Source: an uncultured bacterium
GTDB lineage: Bacteria; Armatimonadota; Abditibacteriia; Abditibacteriales; Abditibacteriaceae
DNA length: 64,000 nucleotides
NCBI GenBank assembly: GCA_963843795.1
Contig: CAWJLW010000006.1
Span: forward strand, 2,294,001-2,358,000
Direction of reading: 5' to 3'
Positions 31,801-41,387 of the stretch are shown here, piece by piece. The notes under the pieces were generated by a model. The model was not told the DNA's origin. It did no database searches and saw only the letters and a program-made list of their open reading frames with translations. The stretch's first letter is position 1; the number at the start of each line of letters is the position of its first letter. Both the position numbers and the translations under genes were made by a program.

Positions 31801-32459
31801 GCCAGAAAGCTGTCGTATTGACGTGCAATCTCGGCTTGCACGGCCAAGGGCACAAGCTGCCGTTGCAGTTCGGAAGTAATGTCATCAACGCGCGTCAAGT
31901 CGGCTTGCACGCGGTCGAGTTTGCGACGCGTTTCGCTTCGGCGTGCGCGATATTTCTGCACGCCCGCGGCGCTTTCTAACAAGTGGCGCCGGTCTTCGGG
32001 CCGTGCCGAGAGAATCGCATCAATTTCGCTTTGGCTAACTATCGAATAAGCGTCCGGCCCGACTCCGGTATCCAAGAACAAATCGACCACATCGCGCAGA
32101 CGACAGTTGGTTTTATTCAAAGCATATTGCGTTTCGCCATCGCGGAACACGCGGCGCGTGACCTGAACTTCGTTGAAATTTAATGGCAGCGTTTGGTCTT
32201 CGTTATCGAAAAATAACGACACTTCGGCCATGCCTTGCGGTTTGCGGTCGCCCGAACCATTGAAAATTACGTCAGTCGCGGCGTTGGCGCGCAAAGACTT
32301 GTGGCTGCGTTCGCCTAAGGCCCATAACATTGCATCGACGATGTTGGATTTGCCACTGCCATTTGGCCCGACAATCGCCGTCAGGCCAGGGCCGAGTTCA
32401 AGGCTGGTGTTTTCGGCGAAGGTTTTGAAACCTTTGAGGGCGATTTTCTTGAGATACAT
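28878..32459 (-). CDS. smc: Chromosome segregation protein SMC
   Basis: GFKTF, GPNGSGKSN, coiled coils, hinge (GRATFLPL), LSGGE and LDEVDAPLD. Confidence 0.97.
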   Translation of the reverse strand: MYLKKIALKGFKTFAENTSLELGPGLTAIVGPNGSGKSNIVDAMLWALGERSHKSLRANAATDVIFNGSGDRKPQGMAEVSLFFDNEDQTLPLNFNEVQVTRRVFRDGETQYALNKTNCRLRDVVDLFLDTGVGPDAYSIVSQSEIDAILSARPEDRRHLLESAAGVQKYRARRSETRRKLDRVQADLTRVDDITSELQRQLVPLAVQAEIARQYDSFLARLKYLQLAMLAREYDLRVTRLEGLRQSKDSGTETVLAGLATIEKQETEAQQLEARRAELERSMESAQAQATDVITRLKATEGEIAVARERRRALTEQQEFLAQEIGLLRARVTTARENLAAQKRELQLAVQSAGALSEGAADAEKSLGAANVHLQEATRALQDLQNRVIELMRQGQQRREKMATGRAEIVALENRRDELQQLAATLENENASFVTAQQKANDELAASQKQAAQLKDDAENARVKVNDAQNALAEIERSASALREERARRQSRLGALRELEQNLEGVQGGARSVLQAVGRGQLQDNYTLVADAIRAPQELETAIEIALGGAVNNLICVRDAQAKTAIAWLKNNRAGRATFLPLEALRPSGAGQRTREVLGQNGVVGLASELVECDAQFERAIEYLLGRVLVVENVDIATRLAPRCDMGSRLVTLEGELVLPSGAITGGQGKQKTSGLLARKRELDELESLIDEQSAEIDNKKSEADTARLQVLAEQNSLRDQQEKANEVRAQIARQEREIEHLQRGQRKLKNDRDGVIHQLNNTLTSLSAKTSRQNEDRGVADDADERARALDEDVKRAQQLVQLRQNEREAIADSVSQVRADYSASQERLNAMRRAIGEVERGIVEAETQIRSRQTGIERAGGEDARIVQQEAESVALLAQLQERREHLEARNTRERSERAQIVTEIENTGAALKTARVELRDAEEELHRVEVRLASTEAEIAEMIRRFGEEFDTTPESARAHKDDIEHKGAALQEISELTQKIGALGQVNRGAIVQHEQVRERLEFLVAQRDDLQQASDELNAIIEDIDDRTRAQFMKTFETVRAHFDELFKRVFDGGQTFLSLTQPDNLLETGVELRVQPPGKSQQDIALLSGGERALTALTFMLALLKTSPSPFVVLDEVDAPLDQSNVGRFTQLLREFTDQTQFLVITHNNGTMQAADVLYGITMQKPGVSTIMSVRLVDDLAAQRVAA

Positions 32460-32643
32460 AAAAACGGGCGGCAAGTGACAAGTACTTGCGGAGATTTTAG
32501 CAAATTATTTCGCGTAGAGAACGCAGAAATTTGTGGAATTTCCATCTGCAAGTACTTGCAGAAGAAATTTTTTCCAAAAATCTCTGCGTTCTTTGTGAAA
32601 ACCTCTGTGTGCTCTGCGCGAAATCTGGTAAAACTGCGCTTCT

Positions 32644-33711
32644 ATGAAAAAATCTTCAGATACGCTCAAAGTGGGAGTGATCGGCGTTGGTGGCATCGCT
32701 GGTTCACATTTTCCCGGTTGGAAAGCCTCCGAACACGCCGAAATGGTCGCCTTTGCCGATCCGGTCGCGCCAGTTCTCGAAGCCAAAGCCAAAGAACACG
32801 ATATCACCAAAACCTACGTCAAACCCGAAGACCTCATCGCCGATCCCGACATCGACATCATCGATATTTGCACGCCTTCGGCTTATCACGCGCCGCTTGC
32901 GATTGCCGCTTTGGAAGCGGGCAAACACGTCATTTGCGAAAAGCCCCTGGCTCCGACGCCCGAAGCGATCAACGACATGATTGCGGCGCGCGACAAGAGC
33001 GGCAAAATGCTGATGACGGCGCAGCATTTCCGTTTTCAGACCGATACTCAAGCCCTCAAACGCGAAATAGAAACTGGAGTGCTGGGCGATATTTACCACG
33101 CGCGCTCGTGGATGTTGCGCCGCAACTGGCTGCCCGCGCGTCCCGGCTTCATCTACAAGAAAAATTCCGGCGGCGGCCCGTGCATCGACATTGGTGTGCA
33201 TATTCTTGACCTGACATTGTGGATGATGGGTCATCCCAAACCCGTCGCCGTTTCGGGCGTCACGCAGGACAAATTGTCCAAATTGCCCGGCGCGTATTCG
33301 GGCTGGGGTTCGGCTCCGGTGCCGCAAGATATGGACGTCGAAGAGTTCGCCGCTGCGATGGTGCGCTTTGATAATGGCGCTTCGCTGATTTTGGAAGTTT
33401 CGTGGATGCTAAACCACAAAACCGAAGGCGAAGATATGCAGATGTGGCTCTACGGCACCGGCGGCGGCCTGAACTGGCCGTCAAATTTACTGCTGCAATC
33501 GAACAACGAAACCCAGCGCACGCTGGATATTCAATTGGGCAAAGTCGGCGGTGGCATGGAAGCTCACGCTGCGGAATGCGTGGCGTTCGCCGAAGCCATC
33601 GCTGAGGGCAAGCCTTCGCCTGTTCCCGCCGAAGATTCGCGCGACGTGCAGCGCATTCTCAACGGTTTGTACCAATCCGCAGCCGAAAATCGCGAAGTGC
33701 GATTGGATTAA
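32644..33711 (+). CDS. Gfo/Idh/MocA family oxidoreductase
   Basis: GVIGVGGIA, AGKHVICEKP and GGGPCIDIGVH. Confidence 0.93.
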   Translation: MKKSSDTLKVGVIGVGGIAGSHFPGWKASEHAEMVAFADPVAPVLEAKAKEHDITKTYVKPEDLIADPDIDIIDICTPSAYHAPLAIAALEAGKHVICEKPLAPTPEAINDMIAARDKSGKMLMTAQHFRFQTDTQALKREIETGVLGDIYHARSWMLRRNWLPARPGFIYKKNSGGGPCIDIGVHILDLTLWMMGHPKPVAVSGVTQDKLSKLPGAYSGWGSAPVPQDMDVEEFAAAMVRFDNGASLILEVSWMLNHKTEGEDMQMWLYGTGGGLNWPSNLLLQSNNETQRTLDIQLGKVGGGMEAHAAECVAFAEAIAEGKPSPVPAEDSRDVQRILNGLYQSAAENREVRLD

Positions 33712-33731
33712 TTTCTTCGATTTGACAAACA

Positions 33732-33763
33732 AAAGCGCGCTGCAAGTACTTGCAGCGCGCTTT
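33732..33763. terminator. 32-bp perfect palindrome between convergent genes
   Basis: AAAGCGCGCTGCAAGT|ACTTGCAGCGCGCTTT. Confidence 0.65.
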
Positions 33764-33799
33764 GTGCGTTTGAATTTGCGAATCTTTGTGTTGCAAACT

Positions 33800-35038
33800 T
33801 CATGGCATAGCCACACCGTTGGAAGTGGTGGGCTGTTTGGCATTGTTGAGCGCTTCGCGCACTTGGGCAGCATTCACCTCATCGCCCAATGCCTCGAAAC
33901 CAGCCAACGCTTGTTCCATAAACGGACGTGCTCTGGGTTTATCACCCAAATAGAGATAATGGACGGCAAAAGACGTTTGGGCTTCGGCAAGTTGAGCCGG
34001 ATCGCTCAGGACTTTGAAACGCTCTTGCGCGAGTGCCAGATACCTGGCATTTTCATCGGTGCGCTTCTGATAAAGATGGGCGCGTGCAATTTCTAACAGA
34101 ATGCTGATTTCTCTGTCCAATTTACCTTCTACATGGAGCAGATTCACGATGGAATTCCACGCCTCAATCGCCTTGCCCCACTGTTTGTTATCTTTGTAAA
34201 GCGTCCCTAAATTGCTACCAACAAGGATTTTTAACGCGTTATCTTCTCCCACCGAAAGAGTGTGCGCCCGCTCCAATAACGCAATCCCTTCGGGCACACG
34301 ATCCAAGAGCCGCAATAACAAGGCGTAGTTGCTTAAAAGCAGAGGGAGACTTTGTGGCGATCCGGTTTCGGCCACTTTCATCGCCTGCACAAACGCTTCC
34401 TCAGATTTTTGCAGTTGATTCAACTCTTTATACGCACTACCCTGGCGTGACAGCGCCAATGATAGCCCGGCTTTATCATTATTGCCCGCTGCGATGCCTT
34501 GCGCCTGTTTATAGAACGATAACGCACGGTTGAAAACGCCTGCATCAAAGGCCTCGCTGCCCTGCCGCATCAGCGCCGCTACTGGCGCGCTTACCATCAC
34601 TTTCCTTACAGTCCGATAATTAGACGAAACATCACTCAGCACAATCAAGCGCGCCTGAAACGGTTGGCCATTCACGTTGCGCCCAATCAAACGCACGCGC
34701 AAACCCAGCTTCACTTTACTCATCGCCAAACGCCTACGCAGATTGTCACTTGAGGCAATCAAAGCATTTTCTGTCGCTTGAATGCTTTTGGGCCGCGCTT
34801 TTTCAAATTCAACCACGCGTCCGTCTTCGGCTGTAAAAGATGAAGCCTCAATATCAAAACTGTTCGGACCGGTGAGCGCTTTAATGCGGCCATCGAGACC
34901 GATTTCGCCTTTGGCGATTTTGTCGGGCGGCATTTCCCGATTTTGTGGCGGCGCGGGCGCAAGTGCTTGTTGCGCGTGCACCATTGGCATCATAAACGGC
35001 GCACAACTCAGAGTCAAAACCAATACGGAAGATCGCAT
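33800..35038 (-). CDS. Secreted TPR protein with N-terminal beta-barrel (DUF5666-like) domain; paralog 1
   Basis: Signal peptide, helical TPR-like repeats, clear similarity to the neighbouring gene. Confidence 0.8.
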   Translation of the reverse strand: MRSSVLVLTLSCAPFMMPMVHAQQALAPAPPQNREMPPDKIAKGEIGLDGRIKALTGPNSFDIEASSFTAEDGRVVEFEKARPKSIQATENALIASSDNLRRRLAMSKVKLGLRVRLIGRNVNGQPFQARLIVLSDVSSNYRTVRKVMVSAPVAALMRQGSEAFDAGVFNRALSFYKQAQGIAAGNNDKAGLSLALSRQGSAYKELNQLQKSEEAFVQAMKVAETGSPQSLPLLLSNYALLLRLLDRVPEGIALLERAHTLSVGEDNALKILVGSNLGTLYKDNKQWGKAIEAWNSIVNLLHVEGKLDREISILLEIARAHLYQKRTDENARYLALAQERFKVLSDPAQLAEAQTSFAVHYLYLGDKPRARPFMEQALAGFEALGDEVNAAQVREALNNAKQPTTSNGVAMP

Positions 35039-35293
35039 CTTTCAATTCCTCATTTTCAAACGTTCAATTTGTCAACGTTTATTGTAACTGAGAAAGTGCC
35101 GAAATTGTCATGACCTGCCAAAATTTTCCACGAATTGTTTCGTAAGCCGAAAAGTGAATTTTCGCAACCGCAAAAAGCGCGCGGCAAAGCTCCCTCGCAA
35201 TGACATCTGCTGAAAGTTCCAATTCTTGAATGGCAGCCCGAGCAAACCGATTTATACAGCAACACTGCGCTGCAAGTACTTGCAGCACGTTTG

Positions 35294-36553
35294 TCACAGT
35301 TCGGTATTATCAGTTTTGTCAAGTGCGGCGGGTTTGTTAAGCGAAGCGAGTGTGCGGCGCACCGAAGCAGCGCCACGCGCGTCTTTCAAGGTTTCAAAGC
35401 TGGTGAGTGCTTGCTGAAGCCATACGCGCGCCTGAGCTTCATTATTGGCGCGCGCGTAATAAGTGCCGTAGGCGAATTGAGCCTGAGCGCGCTGGGCCGG
35501 ATCGGAAATCGCTTTGAAACGCTCTTGAACGACGGCGAAAGTTTTGGTGCTGTCGTCGGGCTTGCCCGATTTCAATTGCGCCGCAGAAATGTTCAGCAGC
35601 GTTTCCACTTCTTCATCAAGCTTGCCCGCTGTGTGCTGACGTCCAACGATTGAATTCCACGCGCCGATGGCTTTGTCCCACTGTTGGTCGGAAGCATAAG
35701 CGTTCGCCACATTTTTGCCCAGCAGAATTTGCACGCCTTCGCTTTCGCGACTGGCAAAAGTGCGCGCGCGTTCCAGCATCGGAATCGCTTCTTTGTTCCT
35801 ACCCAGCGATTGCAAGAGCGAGCCGTAATTCGCCAGCACGACCATCATGCTATCGGGCGCGCCGCTTTCGGCAACTTTGAGTGCTTCAACGAGAGCAGCT
35901 TCGGCCTTTTGCGGCTGGTTCATTTCGCGATAAGCGCTGGCTTGGCGCGTCAGTGAAGAAGTCAGACCATTCTTGTCGCTGGTGCCCGCCGCCATGCCCT
36001 GCGCTTGTTTGTAAAAGGTCATCGCGCGCGCAAAGTCGCCCGCCTCGAACGCTTTGGCACCCTGCGATAAAGCGTTCGCGACCGGTGCACTCATCGAAAT
36101 GGCACGCACTTTTTCATATTTCGATCCCACATCACTCAACACAATCAAGCGCGCTTGAAACGGCTGACCGTTGAGGTTGCGGCCTATCAGCCGCACGCGT
36201 AAACCCAATTTCACTTCATTCATTGTCAGGCGAGCCGCCAAATCATCGCCCGGAACAATGAGCGCGTTTTCAATAGCTTGAATGCTTTTGGGCTTGGCCT
36301 GCTCGAACTCGATGGTGCGCCCATCCTCGGTCGTGAACGAGGATGCAGCAATATCAAAACTGTTCGGGCCACTGATCGTTTTAATGCGCCCTTCCAGCCC
36401 GATTTCGCCTTTCTCAATCGTATCAAGCCGCGCGGCTTGGGTTTGAGGCGACGCGGCTTGTTCCGTCGTCTGCGCTTGTGCGGGCGGAACCAGCAATGGT
36501 AAATTCGTCCCAGTCAACACACCCAAAGTCAAAGCAAAAATCAAAGACCGCAT
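35294..36553 (-). CDS. Secreted TPR protein; paralog 2
   Basis: Shares KGEIGL.GRIK...GPNSFDI.ASSFT.EDGR and KLGLRVRLIGRN.NGQPFQARLIVLSDV with 33800..35038; GAGGGG upstream. Confidence 0.8.
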   Translation of the reverse strand: MRSLIFALTLGVLTGTNLPLLVPPAQAQTTEQAASPQTQAARLDTIEKGEIGLEGRIKTISGPNSFDIAASSFTTEDGRTIEFEQAKPKSIQAIENALIVPGDDLAARLTMNEVKLGLRVRLIGRNLNGQPFQARLIVLSDVGSKYEKVRAISMSAPVANALSQGAKAFEAGDFARAMTFYKQAQGMAAGTSDKNGLTSSLTRQASAYREMNQPQKAEAALVEALKVAESGAPDSMMVVLANYGSLLQSLGRNKEAIPMLERARTFASRESEGVQILLGKNVANAYASDQQWDKAIGAWNSIVGRQHTAGKLDEEVETLLNISAAQLKSGKPDDSTKTFAVVQERFKAISDPAQRAQAQFAYGTYYARANNEAQARVWLQQALTSFETLKDARGAASVRRTLASLNKPAALDKTDNTEL

Positions 36554-36700
36554 AACATCCCCTCTTCGCCGAAATCTCTTGTCACAGCTTATTGTAGCTG
36601 ATCGCAACGGTTTGGTTGTTTCCAATAAATGAAATTTAGGGGGTTAGTTTGGTAAAGTGAAACGAGCTAACGCAGCGTAATTTAATTTGTGGAGACAAAC

Positions 36701-37633
36701 ATGCGATTGGGATTTATGATGGGCTTCGAGCCGGAGCGGATGCAGTTCGCCATCAAACACGGTTTTCGCAGCGCCGAAGTGAGCGCCGGGCCGAACAACG
36801 ATTATTTTCCGACCAACGACAACTGGAAAACGCACGCCGATCAATTGAAAGCCGCTTTTGATGAAATCGACCTGCGCATTTCCTGCTTGTCGTCGTTTTA
36901 TTTCAACCATTTGGAAGGCCCGCAAGCCGAAAATAGCGAAAAAATCGTGCGCGGCGCGATTGATTTGGCGGCCTATCTTGGCGTTTCCGCCGTCGGCGGT
37001 TTCGCCGGAAAATTAGAATCAAAACCAACCGACTTGAAGGCTTCACTGCCCAAGTTCGAGGAAGTATGGACGCCGCACGTCAAATACGCCGAAGATAAGG
37101 GCGTAAAAATCGCCATCGAACATTGTCCAATGGGACATTGCCATTTGCCTCCGGGCGGCAACAATTTCCTGTGCACGCCGGGCATTTGGGAAGACGCGTT
37201 TTCCATTATCGACAGCCCAAATTTCGGCTTGGAATGGGATCCGTCTCATCTGGTGGGAATGCTGATTGATCCGGTGGAAAATCTGCGTCATTTTGGCTCT
37301 AAAGTGATGCACGCACACGCCAAAGACGCGCATATCAACCGCGATTTGCTGAATCGTTACGGTTTGTATCACAACGGCGTGGTCGAACATTGTATGCCCG
37401 GTTTGGGCGACACGAACTGGGGCTTGGTGATTAAAGAATTGCTGCGTCAGGGTTATACGGGCGATTTGAATATCGAAGGCTGGCACGATTCGGTGTATCG
37501 CGATAGCGGTGGCCGTGTGCCCGAAGACATCGCCGGACAGTTGGGTGGCAAAACTGCGCACGGACAACGAGAAGATGAAGGGTTGCTCATTGCGTTCAAC
37601 GAACTGTCGAAATGGGTTCCCGTGCAGAATTAA
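36701..37633 (+). CDS. Sugar phosphate isomerase/epimerase (AP endonuclease 2 TIM barrel)
   Basis: KIAIEH, GLEWDPSH, HAHAKD, PGLGD and LNIEG. Confidence 0.9.
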   Translation: MRLGFMMGFEPERMQFAIKHGFRSAEVSAGPNNDYFPTNDNWKTHADQLKAAFDEIDLRISCLSSFYFNHLEGPQAENSEKIVRGAIDLAAYLGVSAVGGFAGKLESKPTDLKASLPKFEEVWTPHVKYAEDKGVKIAIEHCPMGHCHLPPGGNNFLCTPGIWEDAFSIIDSPNFGLEWDPSHLVGMLIDPVENLRHFGSKVMHAHAKDAHINRDLLNRYGLYHNGVVEHCMPGLGDTNWGLVIKELLRQGYTGDLNIEGWHDSVYRDSGGRVPEDIAGQLGGKTAHGQREDEGLLIAFNELSKWVPVQN

Positions 37634-37641
37634 AGTCCTTC

Positions 37642-37683
37642 AGCAAAGGACGCGCTGCAAGTACTTGCAGCGCGTCCTTTGCT
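37642..37683. terminator. 42-bp perfect palindrome between convergent genes
   Basis: AGCAAAGGACGCGCTGCAAGT|ACTTGCAGCGCGTCCTTTGCT. Confidence 0.72.
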
Positions 37684-37708
37684 TTATCTTAGAAAAGACA
37701 CGAGAAAA

Positions 37709-38509
37709 TTAGTGCGACAAGCGCGCCAACTCGGATTTTACACCGGCCAAAGTACTTTGTGTGGCCTGACAAATCAGTTCCAATTGCCGCTCGTCTGGCT
37801 CGCCCGTCCATTCGTCCATCCAGAATTTTTTCCATTCGATAGCGATAGAACAGCCGGATTGCGCAAAAGTGCGATGAATCCATTGAGAAAATTCGCCGCC
37901 GGTGAATTTCACGTTCTCGCGCACATCCAAATGTCGGCCCTCGAAATCGAACGCGCGCAAATCGGCGATTAAACGTTCAACGAGCGGACGAAATTTTTCA
38001 TTGCCTATCGAAGCCGTTCCGATATTCACTTCGGGATTTTCGTGTGCAACGGCGGGCACTTCAGCCGCGCCATCGCGCCGGTGATTATAGGAATGCGTAT
38101 CGAAAACGACGAAATTCCCAAATTGCTTTTCGATGGCTTTCAACTGTTTCTCGGCGTCGGCATAAAATGCGTGATAAAGTTCCAAAGAACGCTGCGCAAT
38201 TTCATCGGGTAATTTTCCGTGCCACACTTGCAGGCCCCACGCATCTTCGGGCAAACGATAAACGGCTTTGTGTGGGGAACGATTAAAATCGACTTCAAAA
38301 CGCGAGTGCAAGCCTGTCACATGAAAAGGCAGCACGCGCGCCATCGGCCCGGTAAAAGGGTCTTCTTCGCGTAAACGGCCCGCTTCGTCGAGATAAAAAT
38401 GTGTCGACAGTTCCTCGCGCGTGTGATGACCATCATGAATCGCCGCACCAATCAGATTGGAAATTTCGCCGCCCCACTGCCACGTCGGTTCGCTGTTTAG
38501 AGTTTCCAT
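37709..38509 (-). CDS. N-formylglutamate amidohydrolase family protein
   Basis: AIHDGH, REEDPFT, SRFEVDFNR, DTHSYNHRR and ENVKFTGG. Confidence 0.88.
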   Translation of the reverse strand: METLNSEPTWQWGGEISNLIGAAIHDGHHTREELSTHFYLDEAGRLREEDPFTGPMARVLPFHVTGLHSRFEVDFNRSPHKAVYRLPEDAWGLQVWHGKLPDEIAQRSLELYHAFYADAEKQLKAIEKQFGNFVVFDTHSYNHRRDGAAEVPAVAHENPEVNIGTASIGNEKFRPLVERLIADLRAFDFEGRHLDVRENVKFTGGEFSQWIHRTFAQSGCSIAIEWKKFWMDEWTGEPDERQLELICQATQSTLAGVKSELARLSH

Positions 38510-38549
38510 AACACTGCAGAACGCAAGGCTAATGCCCGATACAATTTAG

Positions 38550-38578
38550 AAAGCCGCACCCGTTTGGGCGCGGCTTTT
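38550..38578 (-). terminator. Ordinary hairpin terminator without the iterated motif
   Basis: AAAGCCGCACCC-GTTT-GGGCGCGGCTTTT after the YqeY stop. Confidence 0.6.
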
Positions 38579-38604
38579 GGTTGTTTCACAATTTCAATTC
38601 GATT

Positions 38605-39069
38605 TCAACTCAACAATTCGCGCACAATTGCATTGACGGCTTTGCCATCGGCGCGGCCCGCGATTTTGGGCAGCGCGACTTTCATCACCGCGCCCATATC
38701 TTTCATGCCGTTCGCGCCACTTTCTTCAATTGCGCTTTGTACAATCGCACGAATTTCGGCTTCGTCCAACTGCTGCGGCAGAAATTCCTGCAAGATTTGC
38801 AGTTCTTCGCGTTCGGCCTGCGCGCGTTCGGGGCGGTCGAATTTCTCGTATTCTTCAATCGCGTCGCGGCGCTTTTTGGCTTCGCGCTCGATGACTTTTT
38901 GCACTTGCGCATCATCGCTGGCATCAAAGCCTTCATCGCTGCCACGCGCATCAATTTCCTGACGTTTGATGGCCGCGCGCAGGCCCGACAACGTATCTTT
39001 GCGCTGGGTCGCGCCATCGCGCATCGCCTGTTTCCAACCTTCGTTAATCTGTTCGGTTAATGTCGCCAT
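38605..39069 (-). CDS. GatB/YqeY domain protein
   Basis: K.AMR, AKKRRDAIEEY, FLPQQL, KDMGAVM and GRADGK. Confidence 0.92.
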   Translation of the reverse strand: MATLTEQINEGWKQAMRDGATQRKDTLSGLRAAIKRQEIDARGSDEGFDASDDAQVQKVIEREAKKRRDAIEEYEKFDRPERAQAEREELQILQEFLPQQLDEAEIRAIVQSAIEESGANGMKDMGAVMKVALPKIAGRADGKAVNAIVRELLS

Positions 39070-39116
39070 AAGACTCATTATTATAACGCTGCAAGTACTT
39101 GCAGGCGCGAAATTCA

Positions 39117-39446
39117 TCAACCTGGCGGCCATTGTAGTGCGCGCCCGCCCAGAATGTGAACGTGCAAATGCGGCACGCTTTGGCCGCCTTCGTCGCCAAT
39201 ATTCGTGACCAAGCGAAAACCGTTCGGACAACGTTCTTGGCCCAGCTGCGCGGCGATTTTCATGACATGACCCAAAGTTTGTGCATCGGCTTCGACGGCG
39301 CTTTCAAAAGGTTCGCGTGGAATCACCAAAATGTGAATCGGTGCTTGCGGCGCGATGTCGGCGAACGCGACGCAAACTTGGTCTTCGTGAATTAACTTCA
39401 CATCGGTTTGGTTGCGCGCGATTTTTCCGAAAAAGGTGTCGGCCAT
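39117..39446 (-). CDS. Histidine triad (HIT) nucleotide-binding protein
   Basis: DIAPQAPIHILVIP and GQSVPHLHVHILGGRALQWPPG. Confidence 0.95.
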   Translation of the reverse strand: MADTFFGKIARNQTDVKLIHEDQVCVAFADIAPQAPIHILVIPREPFESAVEADAQTLGHVMKIAAQLGQERCPNGFRLVTNIGDEGGQSVPHLHVHILGGRALQWPPG

Positions 39447-39613
39447 AAATTTTCTCCTTTTGGCGTGCTGCAAGTACTTGCAGCGATATTTGCAAACGGC
39501 GTTCTAAGGGTTGGGGCAAATTCAGTAAAATGAAATGTGAATTTTTTGCGCGTTAGAAATTTTTCGCGCGTTTTTCCTCTATTTAACGACTTTAGAATTA
39601 GTTGGCATTTATT

Positions 39614-41326
39614 ATGACAAAATATGTTTTCGTGACCGGTGGCGTGGTTTCATCCATCGGCAAAGGCATCGCTTCGGCGTGTCTGGGCACATTACTCAAA
39701 GCGCGCGGTTACAAAATCGCCATTCAAAAAATTGATCCTTATCTCAACGTTGATGCCGGCACCATGAACCCGCATCAGCACGGCGAAGTTTTCGTCACCG
39801 AAGATGGCGCGGAAACCGATCTCGATCTCGGACATTACGAGCGTTTCGTGGATCAAAACTTGGGTCGCCTCAGTTCTATCACGACCGGTGTGGTTTATCA
39901 AAGCGTCATCGAACGCGAACGGCGCGGCGATTATCTGGGCCATACCGTGCAGGTGATTCCGCACATCACCGAAGAAATCAAAGAGCGCATTCGCCAGAAT
40001 GCTGCCGATATGGACGCCGATGTTTCAATTGTTGAAATTGGTGGGACTATTGGCGACATCGAAAGTTTGCCTTTTACCGAAGCAATTCGGCAGATGAAAA
40101 TTGATGAAGGCATCGAAAACGTGATGTATGTTCACGTTACTCTTGTGCCAAGTGTCGGGCCGAAAAACGAACTCAAGACCAAACCGACACAGCATTCCGT
40201 GCGCGATTTACGCAATATCGGTATCACGCCCGACGTGCTCATTTGCCGCACCAAACATCCGATTAGTGCGGAAATGCGCAAGAAAATCGCGATGTATTGC
40301 GACATTCATCCCGATGCGATTATCGAAGGCATGGACATCGACACGTTATACGAACTGCCGATGATTTTCGAGAAGCAAAACTTCGCGCGTCTGGTTACCA
40401 AGCGTTTGGCATTGAATTCTCAAACGCCAGATTTGACTGATTGGAGCCGCATTGTGCGCGCGGTGAAGAACCCGCAGGGCGCGGTGACGATTGCGATCTG
40501 CGGCAAATATATGGAGCATCTGGCACAGCCCGACACCTATATTTCGGTCGTCGAAGCCCTCAAACATGGCGGTATCGAAAACGAAACGCAGGTCAATATT
40601 AAATGGGTCGATGCCGAGGCCAATATCGATAACATCGGCGAAGTGTTGAGCGACGTTGATGCGCTGGTTGTGCCCGGTGGTTTTGGTACGCGCGGCGTTG
40701 AAGGCAAAATCGCAGCCATCAAATATGCGCGCGAAAACAATTTGCCATTTTTAGGTTTGTGTCTGGGCTTGCAATGCGCGGTCATCGAACACGCGCGCCA
40801 TGTGGCTGGCTTGAAAGGCGCGAATTCAACCGAGTTCGATGAGAATACCGAGCATCCAATTATTGCGATTTTGAAAGATCAGCGCAGCGTTGACCGCAAA
40901 GGCGGCACGATGCGTTTGGGCGCCTACCCGTGCGCGTTGGAAGCCGGTTCTCTGGCGGCGCAGTTGTATGGACGCGACTTGGTGATGGAGCGCCATCGTC
41001 ATCGCTACGAAGTCAATCCGCGCTTTCATCGCGCGCTGAGCGATTCGGGCTTGGTATTGTCGGGACTTAGCCCCGATGGACGTTTAGTGGAAATTATCGA
41101 ACAGGAAAATCATCCGTTCTTCATCGCCACGCAATTTCATCCCGAATTCAAAAGTCGTCCGACGAACGCGCATCCGTTGTTTCGTGGTTTGGTCGAAGCG
41201 GCAATTCACTACACCCCGGGCGGCAAAAATGAAAAGCGCGAGGTCGTGGCCAAAGAGCATGAGAACGGCAACAATGGCGATAAGGAATTGACGCTGGACG
41301 ATATTCGACGCAATATCAGCGGTTGA
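39614..41326 (+). CDS. pyrG: CTP synthase
   Basis: KYVFVTGGVVSSIGKG, KTKPTQHSV, GLCLG, ERHRHRYE and QFHPEF. Confidence 0.98.
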   Translation: MTKYVFVTGGVVSSIGKGIASACLGTLLKARGYKIAIQKIDPYLNVDAGTMNPHQHGEVFVTEDGAETDLDLGHYERFVDQNLGRLSSITTGVVYQSVIERERRGDYLGHTVQVIPHITEEIKERIRQNAADMDADVSIVEIGGTIGDIESLPFTEAIRQMKIDEGIENVMYVHVTLVPSVGPKNELKTKPTQHSVRDLRNIGITPDVLICRTKHPISAEMRKKIAMYCDIHPDAIIEGMDIDTLYELPMIFEKQNFARLVTKRLALNSQTPDLTDWSRIVRAVKNPQGAVTIAICGKYMEHLAQPDTYISVVEALKHGGIENETQVNIKWVDAEANIDNIGEVLSDVDALVVPGGFGTRGVEGKIAAIKYARENNLPFLGLCLGLQCAVIEHARHVAGLKGANSTEFDENTEHPIIAILKDQRSVDRKGGTMRLGAYPCALEAGSLAAQLYGRDLVMERHRHRYEVNPRFHRALSDSGLVLSGLSPDGRLVEIIEQENHPFFIATQFHPEFKSRPTNAHPLFRGLVEAAIHYTPGGKNEKREVVAKEHENGNNGDKELTLDDIRRNISG

Positions 41327-41387
41327 ACAGCTGAAAGCGCCCTGCAGGGACTTGCGCAAGTACTTGCAGGGCGCTTTTATGAAAGCT

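Noticed and set aside
32475..33209. 244-aa ORF overlapping the oxidoreductase, and similar long shadow ORFs
   Set aside because: These are alternative-frame or antisense shadows of well-supported genes, with Arg-rich composition and no domain signal.
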